This document shows, piece after piece, positions 46,765-57,600 of a DNA stretch of 64,000 nt. Made by a program: the position numbers and the translations under genes. Location of the stretch: the NCBI GenBank assembly GCA_024704765.1, contig JAKMXF010000023.1, positions 1 through 64,000 of the forward strand, written 5' to 3'. The first letter of the stretch is position 1, and every line of letters begins with the position of its first letter. The notes under the pieces are model-generated. The model had not been told where the DNA came from and ran no database searches. It saw only the letters and a program-made list of their open reading frames with translations. Source of the stretch: Oopsacas minuta. Lineage: Eukaryota > Animalia > Porifera.

Positions 46765-48081
46765 CTACATATAATCAAAATTATGTAAATTTAAGTAATG
46801 AAATGTATTTATGTATGTAAAATGACATAAAGAAACCTTCACTTTGTATCGTCTGCAACAGTATAGTTCTAGTAGTCCAATAGCACTACACGCCAAAATC
46901 AAAGTTATGAAATAAAATTTTTGTTTTCTAAAAATATATTTACTTAGATATGATGCTACATTAATTAGTCTAATTATAGCATTATTCCCTACGTTTCTAT
47001 TGTGTATTGCTCTTATATTAACATCTCTTCCTCCAATAAACTCTGTGTGAAGGTTCTTTTCCTTTATCTTTTGAAATTCTATCAATAATGCATTTAATAA
47101 ATCTGTGTTGGATTGAGGAAGATAGATCTTCCTTCCCCCTGCTTTTCTAATTATCTTTTCGATTCCAATATTACCTTCAATAGAGAGTCTTATCATCTCC
47201 TCAGGGTTAGGACGTCCATTCGTATCGAATACAATTACAGCTCTGCTCCAAAAATACTCACTACATTCATTTCTCAACCCAAGTAGATTTGGTATATCTG
47301 TAATTAGATTAAACATTGATTCACTAAAAATACTATTCAAGCTAATCAGGATTAAGAATACTGATACTCCAGTTCCGATCTGGTCTTGCTGTCCAATTAA
47401 TCGGGCAAGTTCTGGTGTGGGGACAGTTTGTGAGATTTCATTAAAGAGATTGAGGTCTGGCGGGCGATGAATGGAAATACGATAAGGAATATTTCGAGTA
47501 TTTTCTTCAGATACATCAAGCTGGAACTTGTCACTCTCAATGTTATTATTTCCATAACAAAGCACTCTCAAAACAGGTTTAGAAAGTTGCAGGAATTCAT
47601 CTACCACTCTATCTCTATTCTCCTGTGTCATACTAGTAGAATTAATGAACTTAAACCTCCTATCAACTAGGGATAAGATCTCTCCAAATTCTCTATCCAC
47701 CAGCTGCTGTTTATCAACTCCAGGAGCCAACATATCAGTATACGTAAACGCAACTAAACAATTTCCAAACAAGGAATATGAGCTTTCAGCTAGAAACTCA
47801 GACAATTCTTTCAATCTACCTAACTCGTTAATAAACTCTATACCTTTAGTGATATCAATAACAACAATGAAACAAGTACTTGTTCCTGATCTTAAAACAT
47901 TCAAAGAAAAATCTCCATTTTGTGAAGAAATTTCAAAGATTCTCAAACAAGAATTTAACAATCTCACTTCTCTGCCATTACAATCTATTCTTGAGTCTAC
48001 TTGTCCGATTATAATATCTTGTAGATTTTGCTTACCACTGTCTATACCCCCAACTAATATCAGGTTTCTATCTACCTGCAT
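46765..48081 (-). CDS. Paralogous double AIG1/GIMAP-like protein with C-terminal TM, 438 aa
   Basis: LILVGGIDSGKQ, CLVAFTYTD, RRFKFINST; second unit VFLILISL..FSESM, FWSRAVIVF, GNIGIEKIIRKAGGRK; collinear with 44818-46185. Confidence 0.7.
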   Translation of the reverse strand: MQVDRNLILVGGIDSGKQNLQDIIIGQVDSRIDCNGREVRLLNSCLRIFEISSQNGDFSLNVLRSGTSTCFIVVIDITKGIEFINELGRLKELSEFLAESSYSLFGNCLVAFTYTDMLAPGVDKQQLVDREFGEILSLVDRRFKFINSTSMTQENRDRVVDEFLQLSKPVLRVLCYGNNNIESDKFQLDVSEENTRNIPYRISIHRPPDLNLFNEISQTVPTPELARLIGQQDQIGTGVSVFLILISLNSIFSESMFNLITDIPNLLGLRNECSEYFWSRAVIVFDTNGRPNPEEMIRLSIEGNIGIEKIIRKAGGRKIYLPQSNTDLLNALLIEFQKIKEKNLHTEFIGGRDVNIRAIHNRNVGNNAIIRLINVASYLSKYIFRKQKFYFITLILACSAIGLLELYCCRRYKVKVSLCHFTYINTFHYLNLHNFDYM

Positions 48082-50630
48082 ACAGACTAGACTAATATAG
48101 TAATTCTGGTATTGATACCTCTGTGCAATAAATCTAAACTAATAGCAAATGTATTGAAAATATACAGAATAATTAGAAATAATATAAGTATAAGGAAATA
48201 CTGGACAGATGGAGGATATCTCCTCAGTGGGAAGATTTATTGAAATTGACCAATTTATGCTATATGAATGTAATAAATATCGGTATGGATTGGAAGGTGT
48301 CAATTGGGAAAATAGAGAATCCCTCGAGGGCCAAAGCGATGAACAAAATGCTCATCTAACATGACATATGATAGCATAGAAAGTTGTAAAGAGCGTCGCA
48401 AAAATAAAACTGTCAAGGCCCAAACAAAATTGATAAAACCTACGCATTCAAAAGTGTATGTTTCTTATTAGTAAATGGGAATAATCCAAGTTTTCTACTG
48501 CAAAATTTGAATATTACTAATAAGGAGATTTCCTGTTTGTTCAGTTTGATGTGTTCAAGAAAACTAACAGAAATAAATCAATTGAATGTTAACACGAATT
48601 TATATCCGATTATAATAATTGGAAACAGCCGCTGCTGGGGGAGTTCCGAACTCCAATTCATTTACACCCTACCCTGTATTCCAACAGAATCAAGATATCT
48701 ACCGTCTGTAAGTATACATTTTGAGAGAATTGGCATCTAATTGTGTGATGTATACTTTCCTAAAACTACGTAATACAATACTATATGGTTAGTACATAGC
48801 TCAATTAATAGAAATAATAAAATATTTTGTTATTAATAACTTCATTAAAATATTATAAATAAATAATATTTCTCTCTAAAAGTATAAAATACCAAATGTA
48901 CATATTCTAATTAAGAGCTTGTATAGCTGATCAGAATAATAACAGAGTTCAGGTAGTCTCTGGATTGGAGAATTAATAAAAGATTCTAAGATAAGAGAGA
49001 ATATTTCCAAAGTTGAAAAGTGTGAGTTTGACTAATGTAGACAAGTTGTTAAAAGTTATAACTCCTGAAGTGAAGGAAGAAAAGAAAATATAGCTAAACA
49101 CCAAAGTTTCTAGCATTACTACAATTACTGTAGAGTTAGATTCTTCAATACAAACATCGAGTCAAGTAGCTTGCTCTTCTCAAGTCAAGATATTCTCTAA
49201 TGAAGGGAATTGAAAACTCACTTCGAAAGGAAATTAAGCTTAAATACTTGTTTACGCATAAATCCTATTTACTAAGGTTTCATTGCCCCCTGTACCGTGC
49301 ATGTCTATAATTAGCATAATAATTGAAATGTCTCAAACTCAAATAGACGACTTACAAAATTTACTTACTCTCGCTAAGCACAACCGGAATCGGGAGGCCT
49401 TAGAGAAGATTCTCGAATAAGTCGTGAGGAGGTCGCACGTCGCTTTGCGAGACAACAACGTTTAGCGAGGCGGCGACAAAGGCGACTTTCTTTGCTGCCC
49501 TGTCCACGAGTGAAGAGAGTCAAGGCCAATGACCTACGAGTCAGTTGGGCAAATACAGGTAGATATATTCCGCACAATGCCCATTTGATGAGTATGCGTT
49601 GGATTATTTCCGTAGTGAGAGAGACCAGCGCAGATTCTGGGAGGCTTAGCTTGGCTTTCTTTGGGCTTTTTTTAAGCCCCTGGAAACGATGACAGTCTGA
49701 GGCTTATATACAGCCGTTAGGACAATCTGATCCGGCGGGCTAAGTTGCAAAATGCGAGTTGTTGAAACGTCATGATGATGTCATAATTCATACCCTTTTA
49801 TTGTTCCTGGAAGTTAAAAATACGTCACTATACTGGGGGAGGCACATTTAGTATCATTGTAGCGAGTATTCGCCCATTTCGGGAAAATATACTGCCAAAA
49901 AAACCTCGAAAATATTGGTAATAATCCGAAAAAGCCCAGAGCCTATGTACAATGCATTGTATATGATACTTCCATAGAGAATATACATATACAATCAATA
50001 AGAATGTGTGCATACTATAGAAAACAAGTAATTTCTACGACTTGGATTGTATAACAATTTGCTATTGCTTTACCTAAAAACAATATAAACGATAAAGAAG
50101 TTATTTTTAGCTCTTATTGTCTATCCTAGCAACGCTACTGTAAACATAATATTCTATGCCAAGTATTATAAGGACGATTTGACTGGCTCCTCTGTATTCC
50201 CATCCCATGTAAATAGTGCAGGGCCGGATTTACCCTGGAGTGGCCCGAAGGCTGGACTATACAAGTAGCCCGAAACATGCTCGACATTGGTGGGTCGAAA
50301 ATATTGTAAAAGAAGATACTTCTTTAGCGAATTACAAAATCTAAAATATTTTGATAAAATCAAATTTTTCCAAATTTCTAGATTTCCCAGTTATGCAGCA
50401 CCGTTAATATATCTAGTTTATACCAAACTGGTGTCCTTATATCCCGCACAAATTATCTAAGTTGATTAATACGTCTTTCAATGAAGACAAATTACGTATT
50501 ATACGCTCAATCTACTATTTTTGGTGACGTAACTTCTATGAGGCAGATTCTGCTATAGATAGTTTGCATGAAAACAGTAGTTCTTTAATTGTTAATGAGA
50601 AATCTCAGCACAATTAACCAAATGATATAA

Positions 50631-51328
50631 TCTATATATAAATAAAACAAAGTGTATGTATGTGTGTCCACGCGTTTTCTCAGAGATGCCTGGACCGATT
50701 CGAACCAAAATTTGTGTGCCGACTAAGTAGTACTCAACCTTCCAAATAAGAAATATTTTTCGAATTGAACCATTTTTGGACAAGATATGTGAATTTTCAC
50801 ACCTCGCCCATATAAATCAATGCATTTTCGGAGGAATCTGATTGGTCAACGTTGGCCAGTCAGATTCCTTCCTTCGTATATTATGAATATGTCTGGGAAT
50901 TTGGTTCAATCAGATTCTACCAATTACAATAGTTACTATTCACAGTTTATTGATCCCGTGGAGTAATGTGGAGAAAGTGATACCCAACTTTCTCCGCATT
51001 ACTCCACGGCCCTTCACAAAGCCTTCCACAGGAACTATCTTAAAAGGCTAATAAAGTACTTTAGTATAAATAGTACTAATACCTCACCTAAAATAAATAA
51101 CTGCACTTGAAGAATTGACTTAATGTAATGTTGTAGCATCACATTACAAACACTTAAACAAATGCCGCATAGCAATGTAATAGGTTTTTTGATTGTTCAC
51201 TAAGAGCTGATACATGTGACCGCGTAGCATTCGCAAACGCCAAAAGAGAATCATGAGGGCCGAAGGCCCGAAAAAGCATTCCACAAGAACTAGCAGAAAA
51301 GCCGCCCAGAGGGCGGCGTTGCGGCTAG
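50631..51328 (+). mobile_element. Complete non-autonomous Helitron-like element, family A (698 bp)
   Basis: Inserted between A(50630) and T(51329); 5' TC, 3' CTAG, subterminal hairpin GCCGCCC-AGA-GGGCGGC at 51301-51317; no TSD. Confidence 0.88.
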
Positions 51329-51797
51329 TACTTGATAATAATGTGATATATACAAGTCTAACAATGTCAAAATCTCATATTTCGTTGTCATCCTAGACGT
51401 ATAGTGCGTTAAAATAGATCACGTATAACTTATTATACGTTTAATACGGATTTTACAACCAAGCAAATTACATGTAGAGTATATGCAAACCGTATTCCAG
51501 TATGATATCGGGAAAAAAAATCAATGGAGTATAATACAAAAGATCGGTAAATCGAGCTAGGGTTCTTATAGCCGGCATCTATATGAACATTTATTCAGGG
51601 TAGAGTTGGATACAATTAGGTCTTTTGAACACTTCCAAATATATCATAACCATTTGGCTCTGTTCGGATTATCGAGGGTGTACTGTCAGTACTGTACCAG
51701 ATATATCATTTATTTACACACAAATAAATTCGTATAAATTACAGAAAATAAAATATTAGTAATATTATATTCCAAAAATAGTTACAAATATCATCAA

Positions 51798-53144
51798 TCA
51801 ATGACAATTACATATTCCATTATGAATAAATATACTAAGAATAGCAGCTAATGTTATTCCAAAAGAATCAGCTACGCTTACAACTCCCATAGAGAACTCT
51901 ACACGGCTCTTATCTATCTCGTTATTAACACGGTAGAAAGCATTAGCGTATGTTCCTCCACCTAGCAACCCCTCGAATAGCACCACAATACACGTTATGA
52001 GGATGAAAGGAATAAACTGGAATACAGCCTCACAGTATAGCAACACGAAGTTACAAACCTGTAGGAAAGACATAGCCCATAAGAACCTAACTCTAAATAA
52101 ACTAGTACTGGACCGAGACACGAATACTCCTAACTGGTAAAGCATCTGATACAATCTGTATTGCACGTTCTGATTAAAGCAAGTATTATTGTAGTATAGC
52201 AACTCATATAATCCCTGATTAATCATATACTCAAACAGATATACGATAAATAAAGGAAGCATATAGCGTATGAGTTTACGGATGAATAGGAAACGGATTA
52301 GAAATTGTATAAACTCAGGCCTGTGTTTAGGACTAGTTGCTTGTTCTATTTCATCTGTTTTTACCGGTATATTAGTAGAGCTAGTCATTGCGACAGAGTT
52401 TGTATCGTCAATTTGTTCAGTAGTATCATCGTGGTGTAATAACTGATCCTCACTCTCAGATCTATTCAGCCTACTCCTCCTGTATATTTCTGAGTTAGGA
52501 AGTTTAAGTAATAATATCTGAGGCATGTACAGACAGCCCCAGAATGTTACTGCCATGACACAAGGCACAGCTAATACAAAGTATATGACAGTACGAGGAG
52601 GTATGAAGGAAGAGAACAAGAGGTAGTACACAGAAGCTATTATACCAGATGCACCTGTCCCGCTAGACCAGGCTACTACAGCAGTAGGTCCATAGAATGT
52701 ACACAGACTCAGAAACGTTATTTCTCCTAGACCTGCTTCAATGCTAGCAAATACTACACCAGTTAGTATTAATGGTAAATCAGAGGCTGTTCCGAGTATA
52801 ATCAAACTAATAATATTTGATAGAACACAAAAAGCAACTCGCAAATGATAAGATATATAATCAAGACACCAAGGTAGTGTCATCTTAAGTATTAGAGTAG
52901 GTAGTATGCCAGCAAATAGGATAACACCTGTACCTACTTCATTACACTCCCTTCCTCTAGTATCATTACTACACACAGTGGATTTGTTAGGTAGAGTAGA
53001 GTTATTACTAATGTCTAGCAGGTCGTATGCAGCACTTATTATCACTACATAGCTGAAGTTAGTACATACACCTAATATCCAGAATCCGAATATTGTGAAG
53101 CCTCGTACTCTGTTGATTTGTTTGTTGGTTGGTTCATGCTTCAT
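51798..53144 (-). CDS. CLN3: Battenin / CLN3 lysosomal membrane protein
   Basis: FWILGVCTNFSYVVIISAAYDLL, GLGEITFL, AWSSGTGASG, LFIVYLFEYMINQG, YQLGVFVSRSS, EGLLGGGTYANAF, REF-like RVEFSMG; intronless. Confidence 0.95.
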   Translation of the reverse strand: MKHEPTNKQINRVRGFTIFGFWILGVCTNFSYVVIISAAYDLLDISNNSTLPNKSTVCSNDTRGRECNEVGTGVILFAGILPTLILKMTLPWCLDYISYHLRVAFCVLSNIISLIILGTASDLPLILTGVVFASIEAGLGEITFLSLCTFYGPTAVVAWSSGTGASGIIASVYYLLFSSFIPPRTVIYFVLAVPCVMAVTFWGCLYMPQILLLKLPNSEIYRRSRLNRSESEDQLLHHDDTTEQIDDTNSVAMTSSTNIPVKTDEIEQATSPKHRPEFIQFLIRFLFIRKLIRYMLPLFIVYLFEYMINQGLYELLYYNNTCFNQNVQYRLYQMLYQLGVFVSRSSTSLFRVRFLWAMSFLQVCNFVLLYCEAVFQFIPFILITCIVVLFEGLLGGGTYANAFYRVNNEIDKSRVEFSMGVVSVADSFGITLAAILSIFIHNGICNCH

Positions 53145-53303
53145 ATAAATCGTATTGCTGTTATGAGGGATTAATTAAAAGAGTGTATTTCTAGGATACT
53201 AATCTAAGGAAATAAGAATCGAATGCAAGGTTAAATCTGTTATATAGAATACTCCACGAGCTTGTAAATATTAATGGAAGGAATTTTTAAAATGCAAAGT
53301 GTT

Positions 53304-53664
53304 CAGAGTTGGAACCAATTCCGTTTTCTCGGGTCGGGTTGGGTCGGGTTCGAAGTTGATCAGTTCGAACTTTGTGTGTAATTTTAAATTCAACGGTTTA
53401 AATCTATTTTTGAAAGATTATAATGAAATTGCCTCAAAAGGACATTTACGGCAGTGGTTCTCAACCTGGGTCCGCGGACACCATAAAATGAACTAAAGAG
53501 GTCCGCGGGAGAAACAAGGTTGAGAATCAATGATTTACGGGATAGATATTACTAAAGCATAATATTAAAAGAACAAATTTTCCTTTCTACACTTATTTAC
53601 ACTTCAGGTTCAGTCGGGTTCGGGTCCGGTCGGGTTCTGAAAAGTGGACCCGATTCCAAATCTG
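53304..53664. mobile_element. hAT-type MITE hosting a nested Buster MITE
   Basis: Termini CAGAGTTGGAA / TTCCAAATCTG (10/11); GGGTC/CGGGTT subterminal repeats; flanks aaagtgtt / aaagggat (6/8). Confidence 0.65.
53452..53532. mobile_element. 81-bp Buster-family MITE
   Basis: TIR CAGTGGTTCTCAACCT / AGGTTGAGAATCAATG; perfect 8-bp TSD ATTTACGG on both sides with central TA. Confidence 0.92.
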
Positions 53665-54632
53665 AAAGGGATGGCGTAGAATTAAACCTATATACCTAAG
53701 GACAATGTATTTCGAAAATGGATATTTCCCAAGAACAATTCGGGAATGGAATTCTCTCCCTTATCTATTCTATCAATAGTTCTCCCGACGAGTTTCGAAC
53801 TTGGCTATCAAATCAGTTCACTAACATTTCGTAATTAATAAACTTGAAACGTATTATTTTCTTCATTGTTCATTGTTCCTGTTTTGTTATATGTTTCTTT
53901 CAAATAGCAATCAGCTTCTTTATAAGATAGCGGGCTATTAAGCATTCAAACATTTAGATAATAATGTACTATGGATGGAATATATGCGGGTTTTTCCGCA
54001 CATACGTCACTTGTTTACCGCGGCATTAGCGGGGGTCCTAGCTACGCCACATATAATGAAAGATTATTGGAGGTCAAGAAGTTGTCCCTCCTTAACCTAT
54101 TACAATATACGCTATGGTTACCAAAATTTGGCTTGCAGGGTCGCTCCAGCGGGCTGTTTACTTAAGGTTATTTGTGCAAAAGATATTACAGTTACATTGA
54201 GATGCAGCAAATTGCTAACTAGCTCGTGTTGTAAATCTTACAATTACCAACATCTTATATAGAATAACGAAGAAGCTAATCTATTAGTAAACAAATAAGA
54301 GCATGTTTCGAAGAGAACACTCCTCAAAATGGAATGAGTTCCAATAACCTTCCGTTTCCTTATGCATAAATGCACTCAATTAAATCTCTGGCATCATCAT
54401 AGAATACTACCCAATAGACAGATGGAAAAGTCACAAAATAATATAGAAATCCGTTAATCCGTAAACCATAGAGAGGCCCGCCGATACTCCCAACGTCAGG
54501 GATCTGTAACTACGTAACTGCCCTCTGACAAGTCTTCTAGTTGTAATATCAACAGTTCTACTGTACGCATATTCAAATATAGAAAAATGCATTTACTAAT
54601 GAAAATACAGTAATCACATGCAGTGAAAAATG

Positions 54633-57600
54633 CTAAGCGAATTCGTAGCTGTCACAAGCAATAGCAGCAATAATCTTACACTTCATAGTATCATAGTCTC
54701 TGTAACAAGGCATTTGTATAGACCGACTACATGTAGCTGCTGTCGGGAGGGGAGCTTCCATGCCTCCTACCTGAGTTGCATGAATATTTAATACCATACT
54801 GTCCCCGGATAATAGAGCTGAACCTGTACCGAAGTATAGGAACTGTTGTCTCTGACTATTAGTCATCTTACGAATAAGCTTGAAGAAGTTTTTCACGAAA
54901 CTTGCCTTCTCCGCTTCTGATGAGGATGGATTGAATGAAATATTTGTCTGTTGCTTTAGTCTAGTGTAAGATACAGTTGTATTACCACCTGATAACAACA
55001 GCTGTAGATCTTCAGCTGTCAATCCTTGTGTGAGATCAGGTGGTATTATCATTCTAAACCCTGTCTTCATCTCCTCCAGCTCTTGCTTAACACTACCAAT
55101 CATAAGATACATAGAATATAGACGTACATACTCACGTATATTATCAGGTGTAACAGGTATGGATTTACCACCTGGCTTTATTTCACATATTGTTCCATTC
55201 ACTGTTGCATCAAAGTTAAGCATATAAATGCTCTGGAACACTTCATGTGTCATTTCCTCTTCCTGGCAGTGTACGATCATTCTACGTAGGCCCTCGTATA
55301 AGTCTGCATTATAGAATCCAACGTCATGCCAGGATATCTGTCTGTCTAGCAAGTATTTGAGTACGTGACGAGATAGGACCAGAGGAATGGCTTGTTTGGA
55401 GTAAAGACACATACCGAAGAACTTCCCAATTGCCTGAAGAGAGCATTGCATGTAAATAATTAATAAGACAATTCAAATACTATATTAAATGAGTCATAAG
55501 CAGTCTCTCTCTCTATATTCAGTGAAATCTAGTTATAAGGAAGTGTTCGGGACCTCTGTTCCATTGCGATAATTATACATATGCTCAATTTTAGCTGTAA
55601 GGAGAAAATCAATATCTTTCAAGTTACAGTAGAGCCTCGGTCATTCGAACAGCTGGAAGACATTTAGTTGTGAAAATTGTTCAAATTTCATCTCAGAATG
55701 GAGCTTTAGACTACTGTAATATGCCTCTATATAGGAAATAATATAGATATGCAGGAGAGGGCTGCACTTGCACTCAAACAAATAATGAGCGCTTTACTAA
55801 AATCTTGTGGGAAACACTCTTAGTAAGGATCACGTTTACAACCGGGTTTGCAGTATAATGAAATATTTTACAGTCGTATGCGACAAAAACGATGTAAAGA
55901 GTTACAGTGAGCCTCGTTAATAAGAACAAATACGAATTTCCAGATAAGACGAACAGATATATACACAAAATCAGGTCCCTATATGTTTAATAAATTGGTG
56001 TTACTACGGTTAATACGAACTCCGGATTAAGCGAACAAATTCAGAACGTCTGTTTCTATTCGCATTAACGAGGTTCCATTGTATATGATCAATTGATCAC
56101 GTATTTATAGGTTCAACAGTCTCCAAACAACCTATACTATACAAATAACTTATACATAGCTCAGCTATACTATAGTACAGTTTTTGTGTATTAGCTTTTC
56201 TATGTTCGAGGGAAGGTCATTTGTTAGGCCTAATGAAAGTCACCTTTTTGGAATGAGGGTATGGGGTTATATATTACAAAAAACTGTACTATACTATAGT
56301 TGAGCTATATATAAGGAATCTGTAAACTATATTCAAAATGCCAAACATTCAATTCAAGGATAGACAATAAATATCGGTTAAAACTCTCTGATAAGATAGA
56401 AGGGAAATTTCCCAATACAATAAATATCGGTTAAAAATTTCTAAAATAGAAAATTTATCAAAATATCCGAAATAAATAATTGAAAATTTCAATATTTTCG
56501 ATAGAATTTCGGAATGTAGGATATTTCGATATTTTCAAAACCGATACTTCGGTGCCAAACATTGCATTAATTATTACTTACTCTATAATAAGTTAGCCTT
56601 TCTATCTGCAATGCATTATCAGAGGCCAGCAGAGTAGGAGTAGGAGCATAAAAGGTAGCTTGTTCAGGAATCTTACCAGGTTCATGAAATAAACTCTCCG
56701 TGTCAAGAGGTAATTTCTCGTCAGATTTAAGAGCATTAGCAAGTGCTGTATAGAATCCAGCAATCACACCGGCTCCACCACCTTGCTCTCCTTCAAATGT
56801 AACATTAAAGAATCCTGAGGGAGTAAAAGCGAGAGAATATATCTTGCTAAGACTATCCTTCAATAGTTCACTTCTATTAACCGTCAATTGCATAGAACTA
56901 TAACCAGACATTGATTGCGTTATATTCATCCTTTCAATAAGATTATAGAAGCGAGCTTTCTTACCAACGAAACCAGCACGAGCTATCAGGAAGTTATCCG
57001 GTTCATTAGATGGGCCTGTACCTACGAATACGTCTACAAATGCTTTTATTACATTCTTCCATCTATTTATTAACTCCTGTGTATTCAGTTGACATATAGA
57101 GAGGGATGGATTAGCTTGTAACTGTGTGTAGGATAACACATTAAGGTTGTTAGTTGGTTTATTAGGAGATGATATTACGTGTGTGGGAGTAGTAGGAACA
57201 CTGAATAAAATTGTATTAGAAGCCTCAGGCTTGAGGAGGTGAGGTTTCTCTGCTAGCGGAATGTCTATTTTGAGAGGAATCTTAAAGTTAGGCTCTGCTA
57301 TTTGTTGTTGTTTGTGTTTAGACACGATAAGAGAGGGCTGACGTAAGAAGAAGTTAGAATCAGTCTTTGGAGTATTAGACACAGGAGTGGCAGTAGGAGT
57401 ATGTAACGTAATATGAGTGCATTTTTCCCAATTACTAGCGAAGTATATGTGTGCATCTAATATGAATGCTACATGCTCATAGGATTGTATATCAATTACA
57501 GGCAACAAGTTACTAGATTCTCCAGTATGAAGACATAGCAGATAGTTAGTGTAATCACCGAATTTAGTTAGAGGTGTGTAATTATTCGCATCTCTGGTGG

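Noticed and set aside
50592-50783. 63-aa minus-strand ORF
   Set aside because: Lies on the 5' end of the Helitron family A element; non-coding repeat.
53971-54262. Two overlapping short plus-strand ORFs between CLN3 and UBR5
   Set aside because: No motifs; the composition resembles a repeat fragment (CCGCGG/GCGGG elements).
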